NCBI GenBank assembly: GCA_043228905.1
Contig: JBHGNT010000083.1
Coordinates: 1 to 64,000 of the forward strand
Direction: 5' to 3'
DNA length: 64,000 nt
DNA from: Azolla caroliniana
Lineage: Eukaryota > Plantae > Polypodiophyta
A program made the position numbers and the translations under genes. Shown here one piece after another: positions 51,961 through 64,000 of this stretch; position 1 is the stretch's first letter; every line of letters starts with the position of its first letter. The notes beneath the pieces were generated by a model, which ran no database searches, had not been told where the DNA came from, and saw only the letters and a program-made list of their open reading frames with translations.

Positions 51961-53354
51961 TGTCGACCTTCGTGGCTCGTCCAGCTTTTGGACTCATCGA
52001 GCTTTGGGTCTCATTAAGGCTCCTCAACCTTTGGGCTCACCACACGAGTACATGAGATGTGGTGATGCAAGAAGATAAAAACGACTAGCAAACATACGAA
52101 GGAGAGGCTGACACATAAGCTTGAATGTTCAAACACCTTGGAGAAAGGAAGAGGTGCATGAGCAAGCCCAAAATGCTCCATTAGTCTCGAGACGTCCGAA
52201 AGCACAAGAAGATGGCGAACACACAAACAAAATGTATGAATGTCTTCATAAAAAGGAGAAGTGCATGGACAAGCCCGAAATGCTCCCTAGTCACGAGATG
52301 TCTCGCGAAGAGGAGAGGTGCATGGGAAAGGACGAATCAACCCCAAGTCACAAGACGAGTAAACGCACAACAAGAAGACTAACACACAAAGTAGGAATGT
52401 TCAAACACCTTTGTGAAAAGAAGAGGTGCATGGACAAACCCAAAATGTTCCCTAGTCATGAGATGTCCTTTGAAGAGGAGAGGTGCATGGGAAAGGTTGA
52501 ATCAACCCCAATTCACAAGACGAGGGAATGCATGACAAAAAGACTAACACGCAAAACATGAATAAGATTGGTTAAAAGAAAACAATACTCGATTACAACA
52601 CAAGAGTGCCCTTTATAAAGTAGGGTTTGATTATGAGAAAAGAGTTAGGGGGGGTTTACAAAGTGGCAACTGCTCATTTGCCATGAGCTCAACAAGAGTA
52701 AGGAGATAAGCACATAAAGTGTATGCCCTTTGAGATGAGGGATAAATCCGAGCATTGAACAACGAGCCCACATAAACAGAAGGCAACAACACACAAACTG
52801 AAGATGAAGACACGAACCGATGACAACAAAGATACGAACAGAGGAGACCAAGACAAAGAAGAAGACCTCTTGAAACAAAATAGCCAAAGTCTCCTCCTCC
52901 CAAAAAGCTGAGAGTAAAATTAACAATCGGCAACAGTTCGGTTTGATTCGAGAGTGTAAAAACCCAACTGTTTAAAAATTTTAAAACTTGAATCGAACCG
53001 AATCGAACCACGAAACTGTTAAACCGAATTGTTTAAGAAAATTCAAACAGTAAAAATCGGGGTTTCGTGGTTTGGTTTTGGTTTTCAACTTAGGTCAAAA
53101 TTTAAAATTTTATTATTTTTAATTTTTAATTTTCAAAATTTTAAAGATTTTCCTAAAATGTGAGAATAAGCTTGAAAATGATAAGACTGCTTTAAAAACA
53201 AAATAAATTTTTTTTAAAAAGATAAAAAAATGTGAAACCGCTTAAACCGCGGTTTCTCACTATTGAAACCAAACCAAACCGTTAAGCTGTGGTTTCGCGG
53301 TTGGTTCGGAACCATTGCCGACTCTTAAGTAAAATGGGGGAAGGGGATGCTACA
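51961..53354. mobile_element. Probable solo LTR with internal tandem repeats (52140-52560)
   Basis: Starts TGTCG and ends ggggatgctaCA; interrupts the promoter paralog. TSD not clean. Confidence 0.45.
52921..53327. mobile_element. hAT-type MITE, 8-bp TSD AGTAAAAT
   Basis: TIRs taacaatcggcaa / ttgccgactctta. TSD at 52913-52920 and 53328-53335. AACCG/CGGTT subterminal repeats. Confidence 0.85.
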
Positions 53355-53821
53355 TTTGTATTTAGGGCATATACTCCCTCCTTTTTGAGAAAAAGTTATA
53401 AAGTTTCCTTAATGCATGCTCCACTATGAGATATTCAAAATATGTACCTCTAACATTGAGTCAATGGCTCTAGCCTCTAACCACTAAGTTATTCAGGCTT
53501 CATTATTATGTATATGTTTAATGTACCTCTAATATTAAGTCAATGGCTCTAACCACTAAGTCATTCGGTCTTCATTATTATATGTTTAATTCTATAACTA
53601 AAAGTACATAGTCTATCTCCTTTTCTCTCTCTTTTTTTTTCACATGTGCTTTTATCTCTCGTTTCTGTTACCTTTTGTTCCTCCACGCCCACATTTCTCC
53701 CTCATTCACACGCTCGTCTACTTCTCTTTGTCCCCTTTTACTTCTGAAACACTTGCACACCCCTCCTTAGCCCTTGTTCACTCGCTTTTCCCACACTCAA
53801 CGCGCCACATCAGGACACCAG

Positions 53822-54173
53822 TCAAGTAGCACACATACACTCGTAACTTCGCGAGAGCATGTGCATCTAATGTGTGTGATCTCACAACTAGTGGGTGCGT
53901 ATTTGTGGCTCAATTGTCCAATGTGTTTGCAACCACACTAACGTTGGGTGCACATGTATGCATTAAAGTCCACTTGTACACTCTCTTCTATCTCCCTTCA
54001 CATAAACCTACTAACACCCTTGCCATATAGTTAATATAAAGGATATTCTATATCCTACTTAAATACGAGATGATTATGAGTGACTAGTCACTAGACTATA
54101 GCTATAAGCTAGTGAGAAGGTAATGGTACATAAAGTAACCTTCTCCCCACTTGTAAGGTGTTGGTTCATTGTA
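53822..54173. repeat. Dispersed repeat; second copy at ~61369-61711
   Basis: Both copies begin caagtagcacacatacactcgtaactt and end gtaaggtgttggttcatt. Confidence 0.8.
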
Positions 54174-54780
54174 TATTCATATTCTAATACACATACTCGT
54201 CTCTAGTATACTTGTGTTTATCTCTCTTAGACGTACCCACACACAATATATAAACATGCATATACAACTCTATTTAGTTTGCTTGCGAATTGCAATCTAA
54301 TTCTTTAACAATTTACACTTGCAACAATATATGATTGCTTATATTGATCCTCTTGAGCATGTATTCATTGGAGATCTATTGTTTTAATTTCAATACATAA
54401 ATCAAACAAAAAACACTAATATATTTCCTCATAATGACATCGATGTTAGGGAAATGCCAATAAGAAATTTGTTGTCTAATGTTGCAACATCATTAAAATG
54501 TGAATGCCAAATGAGACCCAATGCCACTTACCAAAATACGTCTCTACATCGACTATTGTGCTTCTACACTCTACTTGCACATATTTGAGCATCCTTCAAT
54601 TATAAACAACTCCATTTAAATCAATTTGAGCACCCCTCATCATATTTTCTACAGATAGTGTTTAATATGAATGCCAACCTTCTTAATCCAAAATTTCTTG
54701 CAAGTGTACATGCCTACACAAAGAAGAATAAAGAGGGAGATTACAAGTCACAAACTCACATTATATAAACGAGTAGTGGT

Positions 54781-55294
54781 TAACAATCAACAATGGTTCG
54801 GTTTGAGAGGGCCCAAACCGAACCAATTTGGAACCGCACTGTTTTAATTTTTTTTAAACCTGAACCAAACCGTGAAACCGTTAAATCGAACCGTTAAACA
54901 AATTTCAAACCGTCAATCCATTAAACCGTAAAAACCGCAGTTTCGTGGTTCGGTTTCGGTTTTCAACATAGGTCAAATTTTTAATTTTTAATTTTTTTAA
55001 AATTATAATATTTAATTTTTAAAAATTTGTAAAATTTTTAAGATGTTCCTAAAATGTGAGAATAAGTTCCAAAAATGATAAGATTGTTTAAAAACAATTT
55101 TTAAAAATTTGTACAATTTTTTTAAAATAAAATAAAAAATAAAAATAAAAAACCGTTTAAACCGCGGTTTTTGACTGTTGAAACCGAACCAAACCGTTTT
55201 AAAAAACCCAAACCCGAACCTGAACCGAACCGAACTGTTGAAACTACGGTTTCGTGGTTCGGTTCGGTTCAAACCGAACCGTTGCCAATTGTTA
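54781..55294. mobile_element. hAT-type MITE, second copy
   Basis: Homologous to 52921-53327. TIRs taacaatcaacaa / ttgccaattgtta. Degenerate TSD gtagtggt / gtaccggt. Confidence 0.8.
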
Positions 55295-56632
55295 GTACCG
55301 GTGTCTAACAAAAAATAAGGAATTTCATTTCCACTCCATTGATTCCTATGATCACCATGACCATCAATGACCCCTACAATTTATGTAAATTTAGAGTACT
55401 TTTGGACACAACACAACCAATGGTGGTGGTTAAAAAGCCTTAAACATGTAGAATATCTAGGAAAGACACAACGAGTATGAAAAGGTGAGATAACAAACAA
55501 GACCACATTGAAAAAAGAAATGAAAGACAAAGTTCAAGATAATCTAAATAACTCGATCAATTTTTCTATTTGAAAATTAAGGGTAAATGGAAGTCATACT
55601 AATAGTTGTTAATTATGAAAGGTCACAACACCAATAGCTATAACCATTCATGTAAGGGGTTAACATTGATATGAAGGGACATGAACCCAACCATAAATAT
55701 ATGTCAATGTAATCAATTCAGCAGAAAATACAAATGACTCTTATTGTGTGAGGTCACAATCCTTGGAGAAGTCACAACCATTCATATTGAAAAGGCAACA
55801 AAATTTCCTCTTTTGAAACATGCACCAACAATATGAGTGGAGAATTATCATTATCAACAATAATGATACCGGAGAATTAAAAGCCTCAACATTATTGCAT
55901 GAATAAATGTGTGATATTGTTATCATTTTGTTGTTCATACATACATAATAGAGTGTTGTATGGCCTAATTGCAACTTATCCATAAAAAACCATTTGTTAC
56001 TTATCCCTCTTGGAATCATTTGTAGTTTATCCTTCAAGATCATTTCGTAACTTATTGCTCGAGATCATTTTATAGTAGTCTCGTAAAAATAAAAAATGAA
56101 TCATTTTGTTGGTGATCTTTGTTTTGGATGTGACAGCCTTGGTCCCTAGCAACAATAGAATAAAAGGCTTCACAAGTAAACTACATATACTAGCATTACT
56201 CATGGTATTGTCGAAATCTTGTTTTTTGGAATGAAAAGTTTAATAATCTTGCTATACAAACAATCTATTCCTCTTCTGCATTTTTTATTTGAGACATGTG
56301 TCGTAATATTTGTCAATTTGTGCAATGTTATGCAAATATATATCACTTTTTATGAAATGAAAAAGGATTCCATATTCTAATTATTTGCAGGTAAGATATA
56401 GTCATGCAAGTACCCCATGTTAGTATATGTGCTCAATAACGTTGAAAAAGAGAGTCATTGTTGACTAAAATGAATTTGAGCTCTTGAAATAATAAGGAAT
56501 CATTGATTGCATATGTGCACTAATAATGATGGTTTTGTGGTTGGGATTACGCGGAATTTCTTGTCGAATGGCGAGAGGATCCCATGGGCAGGCATGTGTG
56601 TTTGAGGAACAAACATGCACGTTACGAAGAAG

Positions 56633-57646
56633 TTATTTATTTATTTATTATTATTATAAAAGTTTTTCTTCAATAGTATTAAGAACAAAACACCCAAAGG
56701 CTACAACTTGAACCTAGCTACCAAGAAGGTTACAACTTTCTTTATACAATGATATAAAATACGAGGATGTTTACATTTGTTGATATTCAAAGAGTCCATG
56801 GAAGTCGATATTGCCATTGAGGCTCTTGAGCTACCATTGTAAATAGGGGCACCTTTTTCCATAAGTAAAGAAGCTTTTTCCTTTTCTTGTTCACAATATC
56901 TGGGGAACCCTGCATATTGTCATATTGACCACGGACTACAGCCAACAAGTTCTCCCATAACTCAAACAACACATCTGAGAGATGAATGTCTACCCCATCA
57001 TTAGGTCGGTTACATCGATATTTCCATAATACCCATAGTGTTATTGTGGACACAATTCTCCAAATTTGGACAGATCGCACCTGTTGTCGAGGTTGCTGGA
57101 AGGGACTAACTAATATCAATATTCTATTTCATTGCCTCATGAACATCGTTTGCCTCATACAATATTAAACTAGAGTTTAATACTCCCCACATCGCTGATC
57201 CCCATGAGAATAAGCAACCTACATTTATTGTTAGGAATAAAGACACGACTTTCTTCCATACTTGTTGAGCAAAAGAGCAAGACCATAAGACATGCTTAGT
57301 AGTCTCTTGAGGTTCATGGCAAATGGCACATTGCCGCAAATTGGGTGTCACATTCCCTTTCAATGCATGACCATCTGGTAGAGCCATATGCACTAATAAC
57401 CATCGAAAGAGAATAAATTTAGTTGGCCCCTTGAATGACCATATCCATTTCCAATAGGTTCTCAAATGCAAAGTGGAAACACCCCAATTGGTCCAATGTT
57501 TTTGAGCTGCTGGTATCTTTACATTATGAGAGAGCAGTAAAGATCTTCCAAGTTTTACTGAGTATTGAAAAAAGGGGACCTTTACGATCTTTTCCCCCAA
57601 GGAGTGTGACCAAAGCCAACCCCCTGGATCCCATGTTAATCTTGCA
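56633..57646 (-). mobile_element. 5'-truncated LINE (ORF2 3' end with zf-RVT), 14-bp TSD ACGTTACGAAGAAG
   Basis: TSD at 56619-56632 and 57647-57660. (TAA/TAAA)n tail. CAICHEPQETTKHVLWSC, WVLWKYRC. Confidence 0.9.
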
Positions 57647-57857
57647 ACGTTACGAAGAAGATTACATTGCATGTTGTTTTGATGGTACGTTAAGTTAGCA
57701 TTTCCATGAGAAGAACATGTCCAAGAAGATGCACACCCTCAAGAAAGATTACATCGACTATTGTTTTGATGCTACATACATGTGGAAATTCTTGTTTCGT
57801 CAATTTCACTAGAACATGCCCACATGCAACTTAGAGTGAAAAGAAAGTTGTAGAGGT

Positions 57858-58119
57858 CCAATCTTTTTTTCACCTTCAACTATAAAATATGTACACAATA
57901 TTGGCTAAAAGAGTAAACCCCCCATTCTTGGCATTTTCTATAGAGAAGAAAGATCTCAGCACACAACATCGTCTAGGTGAGGGTGGCTCTTAATTATGGC
58001 TTTGGGGAAAGTTGTTCAAATCCTTGCATCTCTTGAATTCAGCTAAGAATAGATAAAAGGCTTCTTGTTCTAATGGGTAATAAGGACTTGATTGATCCTT
58101 GTGGTTTATTCTTAGGCAG
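57858..58119 (+). promoter_or_regulatory. Pol II promoter (CCAAT 57858, TATAAAA 57881) and probable 5'-UTR intron (57977-58115 or 58119) of the GAF gene
   Basis: Donor ag|GTGAGG; acceptor tttattcttAG or gcAG just before aggATGG. TATA and donor are conserved in the upstream paralog. Confidence 0.55.
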
Positions 58120-58135
58120 GCCTGAGCTCAAAAGG

Positions 58136-58621
58136 ATGGGGAAGATCTTCTTAGATGGGGAGAGAGTGGCGGAGAAGCTGAAATCAGCCGCGGCTTCCGC
58201 TCCCCAAGGATCGGGCAGGGCGCGAATTCTCCTCCAGCTAGCTGCCGATGAGATCCGAAACACGGGCGGACCCTACACTTCGGTCTACATGTACATGGTG
58301 TCTCCTCCGCCACTTCGGGACGAGTTAATCCTAGAGGCCTTCTCTGGGCGACCGACGGAGCACGTTCGCATCCCTGTTGGGCGGGGCGTGTGTGGACGCG
58401 CGGTCTCGCTCGGACAGGACCAAAATGTGGGGGATGTCGGTGCCTACCCCGATTACATCGCGTGTAATGCCCACACTAAGAGCGAGCTTGTGGTTCTTAT
58501 CCGTGCCTATAATAATATCCTCGGACAAATTGACATCGATAGCGATCATGTTGGCCCGTTCCCGCCCGAGGAAGAAGCCAATGTGAAACTCATCGCCGAT
58601 GCCCTTGGTATGCTCCTTTGA
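58136..58621 (+). CDS. msrC: Stand-alone GAF-domain protein, free methionine-R-sulfoxide reductase (fRMsr/MsrC)-like, 161 aa, intronless
   Basis: EHVRIPVGRGVCGRAV, DV..YIAC...SELVV and ILGQIDIDS match the fRMsr signature (E. coli MsrC: CVRIPVGRGVCG...HIAC...SEIV...LDIDS). An alternative upstream ATG at 58073 probably lies in the intron. Confidence 0.85.
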   Translation: MGKIFLDGERVAEKLKSAAASAPQGSGRARILLQLAADEIRNTGGPYTSVYMYMVSPPPLRDELILEAFSGRPTEHVRIPVGRGVCGRAVSLGQDQNVGDVGAYPDYIACNAHTKSELVVLIRAYNNILGQIDIDSDHVGPFPPEEEANVKLIADALGMLL

Positions 58622-60916
58622 TTTCGTATGTATAGATTATGTTGTTGACTCGGAAGTCACACTGCCATGTGCTTAATTTAAGTACTCCTACTTAGACATG
58701 TGATTAAATTGTTACAAATGCTATTTCCTTATCCCATTTTGGTCCTAGTAGTAAACTTAACATGTTTAAGAGTGGGCATTATTACAAATGCTTCTAATAA
58801 GTCACTTGAGAGACTAGTGACTTGTATGTTTAAGAGCGGCATTATTACAAATGCCGCTCTTTTAGCTCTCAACCCCCTTGAAATGATGTCGTCGTATCCC
58901 ATTGACTCCATCGTATGGTTTTTATCTCGGCCTCACATGTATGGTGAGGTGTTTCTCATGGACAAATTAACCACCATGAATGTGAGAGTAATATGTCTTG
59001 TATATGCACCATAGATTGATAATTTTAAGATTTCATCTTTGTATTAGCCTATTTCCTTTGTCCATGGGTACAAAGTGTGCGAACATGTTCAATATGCCTT
59101 TAGAGTATCTATTATGCGTGGATCAACAAGAAAACAATGCCAAAAACCTGTCATCCTTCATAACTATGAGGACCACATTTCTTGCTAACTAACAAAATTG
59201 TCCCTAACCAAGTGTGGTAGCGTCAACGTTTTGAATATGCCTCTTCGATATCATGCATGGATCAACAAGTAAACTTGCTCCCCAATATTTAAGACCTTGG
59301 CTCAATAGAGACCCATTACCCTCCACTTCTAGGTGCTTACATACCAACTAATGTATTTCAACATGATGATTTCCTATTACAGTTGATTTATGGTTGCATA
59401 GCATGTAATATTGAATATAGTGTGGATGAGGAAAATCCATTAATACCTTATATTCTTTGGTTTAGAAACATGTACAAACTTGCACTCTATTCTCTTTGTT
59501 GTTAATTGTGGTGTACATAGTGTGTGCATTGTTATACCATTATATATGGAACATCCGTAGATTTAAGGATCCAAAATTGTTATTATCTTCATTTGTGAAC
59601 AATTATGCAAATAGATTATGAAATTAACTTCATGTTTGCTCTTTGAGAATGGGTGAGTCTTGACTCTTGATATTCATTATTAAAATTTTACCTCAAAATT
59701 TTTAGAATATTGAAATATATGTGAGTCGTAATACTCAGAGTTATAAATGTCAATCCAAAGTTCCAACATATTAACAAATATTCTCATATGATATACAATA
59801 TAGTTCTCACTTAAAAAATTCAATGGATTCCAACTTGTGGCAATAAAGGTTGCCAACAAAACTTGTACTTGGTACTCTTGTTTCAAATTTCATGGAAACA
59901 TGTGCAAGCAGTTATGGAAACATGATCTGATTATTTGGAATTCTTCTATTATCTATGTTGTATCATGATTAGGGCAACTTGGGAAGGAAAAAACTTATTT
60001 TTATGCCATGAATCTATGTCAAGCCTCCAATGTATAATCATGTCCTTATTGTTGACATGAAGCCTTGATGGTCCAACGTGGTGCGTTTTGAATAATTTGC
60101 AGGTGTGTTTGTGTGGATCAACTATCCAATGTGTGTCATCACTCAAATCCACTCACATGCTCTATTGTAACTCCAATGTCAAGATATAAAGGATATGAGT
60201 TTTGAAGGAATTATCTTTACCTAGAAACACTAGACTATTGGACTATTTTGTATATTGCCTTTGGCCATTTTCATTTTAATACCAATGGAGTATATTTTTT
60301 TCGAAAGAAGAAGAAGAAAGGATATGGGTAAAACAATGTAAAGTAGGATCAAGATATCAGTAGATCATATACTAACCATTTCTCACGGAAATTTGAGTGT
60401 CAAGGATCGTTGGAAGGGCATTGAAGGTGGATGATCTACTGAAAAATTCTAATGGAAATTCATTGTGTATGTCTTAATAAAAAAAACTATGTCTATGCTA
60501 TGAGTCTAAACTTCAAGGAAATTGGAATAGTTATTAATAATTATATGTTTGAGAATCAATGTGATCGTGATACTTGCCACTTGGGGAGGCAAGGTGAGAT
60601 TGATGTTATTAAATGTTATGGTGATGTAGGATGCATACAAACAACTCATAACAAAATCCTCTTATGTGGTTAGGTAATTGACATTATGCAATGGTTTAAA
60701 AGATGGGGAGTAGATATATATTAGAGCTCTCATGTGATGCTCTGAAGTATGCAAATCGGCTCATACGCGTCCATTCAATCAACCATTGCTCGTGTAGTTT
60801 TCGCTACGTAGCTTGTGCTCGGGGAAGATCCACCAGGTTTTTTGTGTTAAGAAGATTGGAAGAAGTAAACAAAAAAGAGAAGATTAAGAATTTTCAACGA
60901 CAAGATAAACCAACAA

Positions 60917-61050
60917 ATGGGTAAAACTCTCCCTAGTGTGAAGCTTGATTGTAATAACTTCACATCAATGAAATACAAGATGCACCAATACTTTGTCGAA
61001 CAAGGCTATTGGGGATACATCAAGGCCAATCTCGAAAACATGTCCAACAT
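60917..61050 (+). pseudogene. Copia gag N-terminal remnant
   Basis: MGKTLPSVKLDCNNFTSMKYKMHQYFVEQGYWGYI resembles the Copia gag start. Confidence 0.5.
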
Positions 61051-61878
61051 AATAAAAAACTCCAAAAACTTGTAATCCCTATTTTATAAACAGAATTTCA
61101 TTCATAATCCAATGTTTTGACCTATAAAAAAAACCACCCCTAGAATTAGTATTGTAAAATCCATTCATGATCTCAGGTTCTTTGGGATAATTATGTGTTA
61201 ATCTCGGGCATAACTCATTGTTCGAATCGCTACTACATTTGACTCTGACCTACCTTCGACTCCACAGAGCCTTCGAGCTCGACAATCTTTTGACTCAAAT
61301 GATCATTGGACACTATTGAGTCTTCAAATCATCCATCCTCTCTGGTTCGAGTCCTCGATGGTCCTGCTCAAGTAGCACACATACACTCGTAACTTTGCAA
61401 TAGCGTGTGGCTCAATCATACAATGTGTGTGATCTCACAATTAGTGGGTGTGCGTGTGTGGCTCAATTGTCCAATGTGTTTGTGACTAAATTAGTGTTGG
61501 GTGCACATGTATGCACCCACTTGTACACTCTCTTGCAACTCCCTTGACATAAACATCAATAGCATCCTTGCCATATCGTTAATATAAAGGATATTCTATA
61601 TCTTACTTAAATACAAGATGATTCTGAGTGACTAGACTATAGTTATAAGCTAGTGATGAGGTAATGGTATATGATGCAACCTTCTCCCCGCTTGTAAGGT
61701 GTTGGTTCATTATGTAGAGAATCAGATGGATTCTGTGCAGCGAAAGAACTGTGTGTGTGGAGAGAGAGAGAGAGAGAGCGAGAGAGAGCGAGCTCAAAAT
61801 TACAGAAAAAACATAAAATTGTATTACAAGGAAGCAAGAATGGCCAACAATTACAAAGAGAAGGAGAAGGTGCTTATG

Positions 61879-64000
61879 TAGTCAACCCGAATCCGAGCGG
61901 TTGTATCATGTACACCTCCTCTTCTAGCTCACCTTGGAGGAAGGCGTTCTTTACGTCCATTTGGTGGAGGTGCCACCCTTTTGCTGCTGCAAGCGCGATC
62001 ACGGTTCGAATTGCAGACATCTTTGCCACTGGGGCAAAGGTCTCTTCGTAGTCAATACCGTGCGTCTACGCGTAGCCCTTCATCACAAGTCGGGCCTTGT
62101 ACCAATTGACAGTGTTGTCGACATTGTGCTTCATTTTGAAGATCCACTGACATCCAATTGCCTTCTGGTGGTGTGAAAAAGGGACGAGATCCCACGTCCT
62201 GTTCTTGGAGAGTGCTTGCATTTCCTCATTCACCGCTTCGACCCATCTAGGGTCCTTCGTGGCTTCAAAAAAGGTTTTCCCGTTCTTTAATTGTTGCCAC
62301 CTTCATCATGAATGCATAATGATATTGCATGTAGTCGTTGTAGCCGATTCGGCTGACTACGTTCTTCTCTCAGGTGGATTGGCACATTTCTCTTGGTGTC
62401 CTCATGATGGGCACACCAAACTCACTATCTAGTGAGTGGGCCGACACATCGATATCACTATCGTCGGGGTGGTCGACTTCATATTAGGGCATCTTACCTT
62501 TGCCTTTATCCAATTTTGGACTTGGCCGCTACGTGCTTTGGTTGCTTGGAGGCTCTTGTGGTCCACTCAACTTGGTTGAGTTTGGACTTTCCTCTGATGT
62601 GAGCCTCAGTCGATCATCCTCCTCCGCATCTGTGTCGAACTCGGTTTTGACTGTGTCGAATGGGGCTGATTTGACTATATACCAGGATGTCGACTCGTCA
62701 AATACGACTTCCCTACTCATTCATATCTTCTTGATGGAAGGGTTGAAGCACTTATAGCATTTTTGCTCGAGTGAGTACCCCACAAGTATACATTTCTCCG
62801 ACTTGGGATCGAGCTTCTACCGCTTCTCATCGGGTATATGTACATATGCTATTGAACCGAATATCCTAATGTGGGATAGATCCGGTTTCTTCCCATAGAA
62901 CTTTTCACAGGGGTAACATCGTGCACTCATGATGTTGTGCAACGATTCATCAAATAGGCGGTCGTATTTGCCGCTTCAACCCAATATGATTTTGGCAGAT
63001 GTTTCTAGTTCATCATTGCCCTTGCCACCTTGAGTATGTGGCGGTTCTTGTGTTCGTCTACTCCGTTCTACTGAGGTGTGCATCGGCAAGTAAACTCCCG
63101 CCAGATTCTTTTTTATCGAAGGTATGCAATAAAGGCGTCAAAGAAGTACTCTTTGTTGCCGTCTGATCGAAGGCATCGTACATGACGATTGGTCACCTTT
63201 TCGACTTCGTTCTTGAATTTCTAGAAGTGCGAGAACACTTCACTCTTCTGGCACATTAAATAAATCCAAGTCTGTCTTGAGAAGTCGTCGATGAACATTA
63301 CGTAGCACCGACAACCACCGAATGTTGTTGTCTGGGTTGGTCCTCATACATCTGAATGTATTACATCTAGGATCCCTTTGCTTACGTTCCTCTCATCTGG
63401 GAACGATTGTCGATGTTGTTTGCTGAATTGACAAGCTTCGCACACACTTGCAATTTCCTTTTCAGCAAAAGTTGAGAGTCTGATGACGACTCCTTTCGAC
63501 GGCATTCCCTTGAGCTTTTGGAGGTTGATGTGACCTATTCTTGTGCCACAACTCTATGGCGAAGTTGGCTCTCTGGCCCTTGGCATACATTGTTGAGTTC
63601 ATCTTGTGAGAGTCGAGGATCCTCCATCATTGAAATGGACTTGCATGCCTTGTTCGACTATCTGGCCAACTAAGACCAAGTTCTTTGTTATTGTAGGAAC
63701 ATGCAAAACGTTCTTGATGTAGGTTTGGTTGCCTTCTTCCCCAAATGGTACATTGCCGACATGCCGAATGGGGTGAATTGTGTCATCCCCAGTTTCCACA
63801 TAGTTGGGTCGTTCGGGCTTTCGTAGCTCGTTGAACCAATCCTCGTGGGATGTCATGTGGTTGGATCCACCTGAGTCCACAAACCATACATCTTCTGGTT
63901 TGTAAGTGTTGGTCGGGTTGGAGGCTATCATCGAGTCCTCTCTATGCCTCATCACAAACATTCCGCCACGTTTGTCGTAGTCGGAGTTTGAGGCGTAGTT
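61879..64000 (-). mobile_element. Degenerate Ty1/Copia H pol (PR-INT-RT), continues beyond the window
   Basis: WFVDSGGSNHMT, IKNVLHVP, MFIDDFSR, SREVVFDE, YKARLV, KNAFL; stops and frameshifts; same family as G. Confidence 0.9.

Noticed and set aside
53420-53580. tRNA/SINE-like duplicated segment on the minus strand
   Set aside because: Only a weak A-box resemblance, with no cloverleaf, tail or TSD; too degenerate to call.
292-58621. Functional methionine/SAM cluster (fRMsr + SUVH methyltransferase + ACO-like 2ODD)
   Set aside because: The genes are far apart, separated by TEs and an unrelated RRM gene. There is no evidence of co-regulation and the 2ODD cannot be assigned as ACO.
58073-58621. 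GAF ORF as simple bacterial contamination, or GC content as proof of HGT
   Set aside because: No neighbouring bacterial genes, and the flanks are plant repeats with a paralogous promoter and a TSD-bounded LINE. Elevated GC is not diagnostic because host exons (2ODD exon 1, SUVH 5' part) are also GC-rich.

Overview
Repeat-rich land-plant nuclear DNA with spliceosomal introns; the LTR families and gene styles suggest a non-seed plant such as a fern (inference). There are four host genes: (1) a 3-exon 2-oxoglutarate/Fe(II) dioxygenase (-) with a damaged C-terminus; (2) an intronless SUVH1/3-type SRA-SET H3K9 methyltransferase (-) with Met at the F/Y-switch position; (3) a 6-exon RBM34/Nop12-like two-RRM gene (-); (4) an intronless single-GAF gene (+, 58136-58621) that looks like bacterial free methionine-R-sulfoxide reductase (fRMsr/MsrC). 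The GAF gene carries a plant-style TATA box and 5'-UTR intron and is the best candidate for a novel, horizontally acquired system. Positions 8635-34051 are a 25.4-kb nest of LTR retrotransposons: several Copia remnants, two very young full-length Gypsy elements, a gag-only element and solo LTRs. The nest is bracketed by a near-identical 4609-bp direct repeat of the SUVH 3' trailer. A LINE fragment, two hAT-type MITEs, microsatellites and a degenerate Copia fill the right end. All similarities were judged by eye; no database searches were run.
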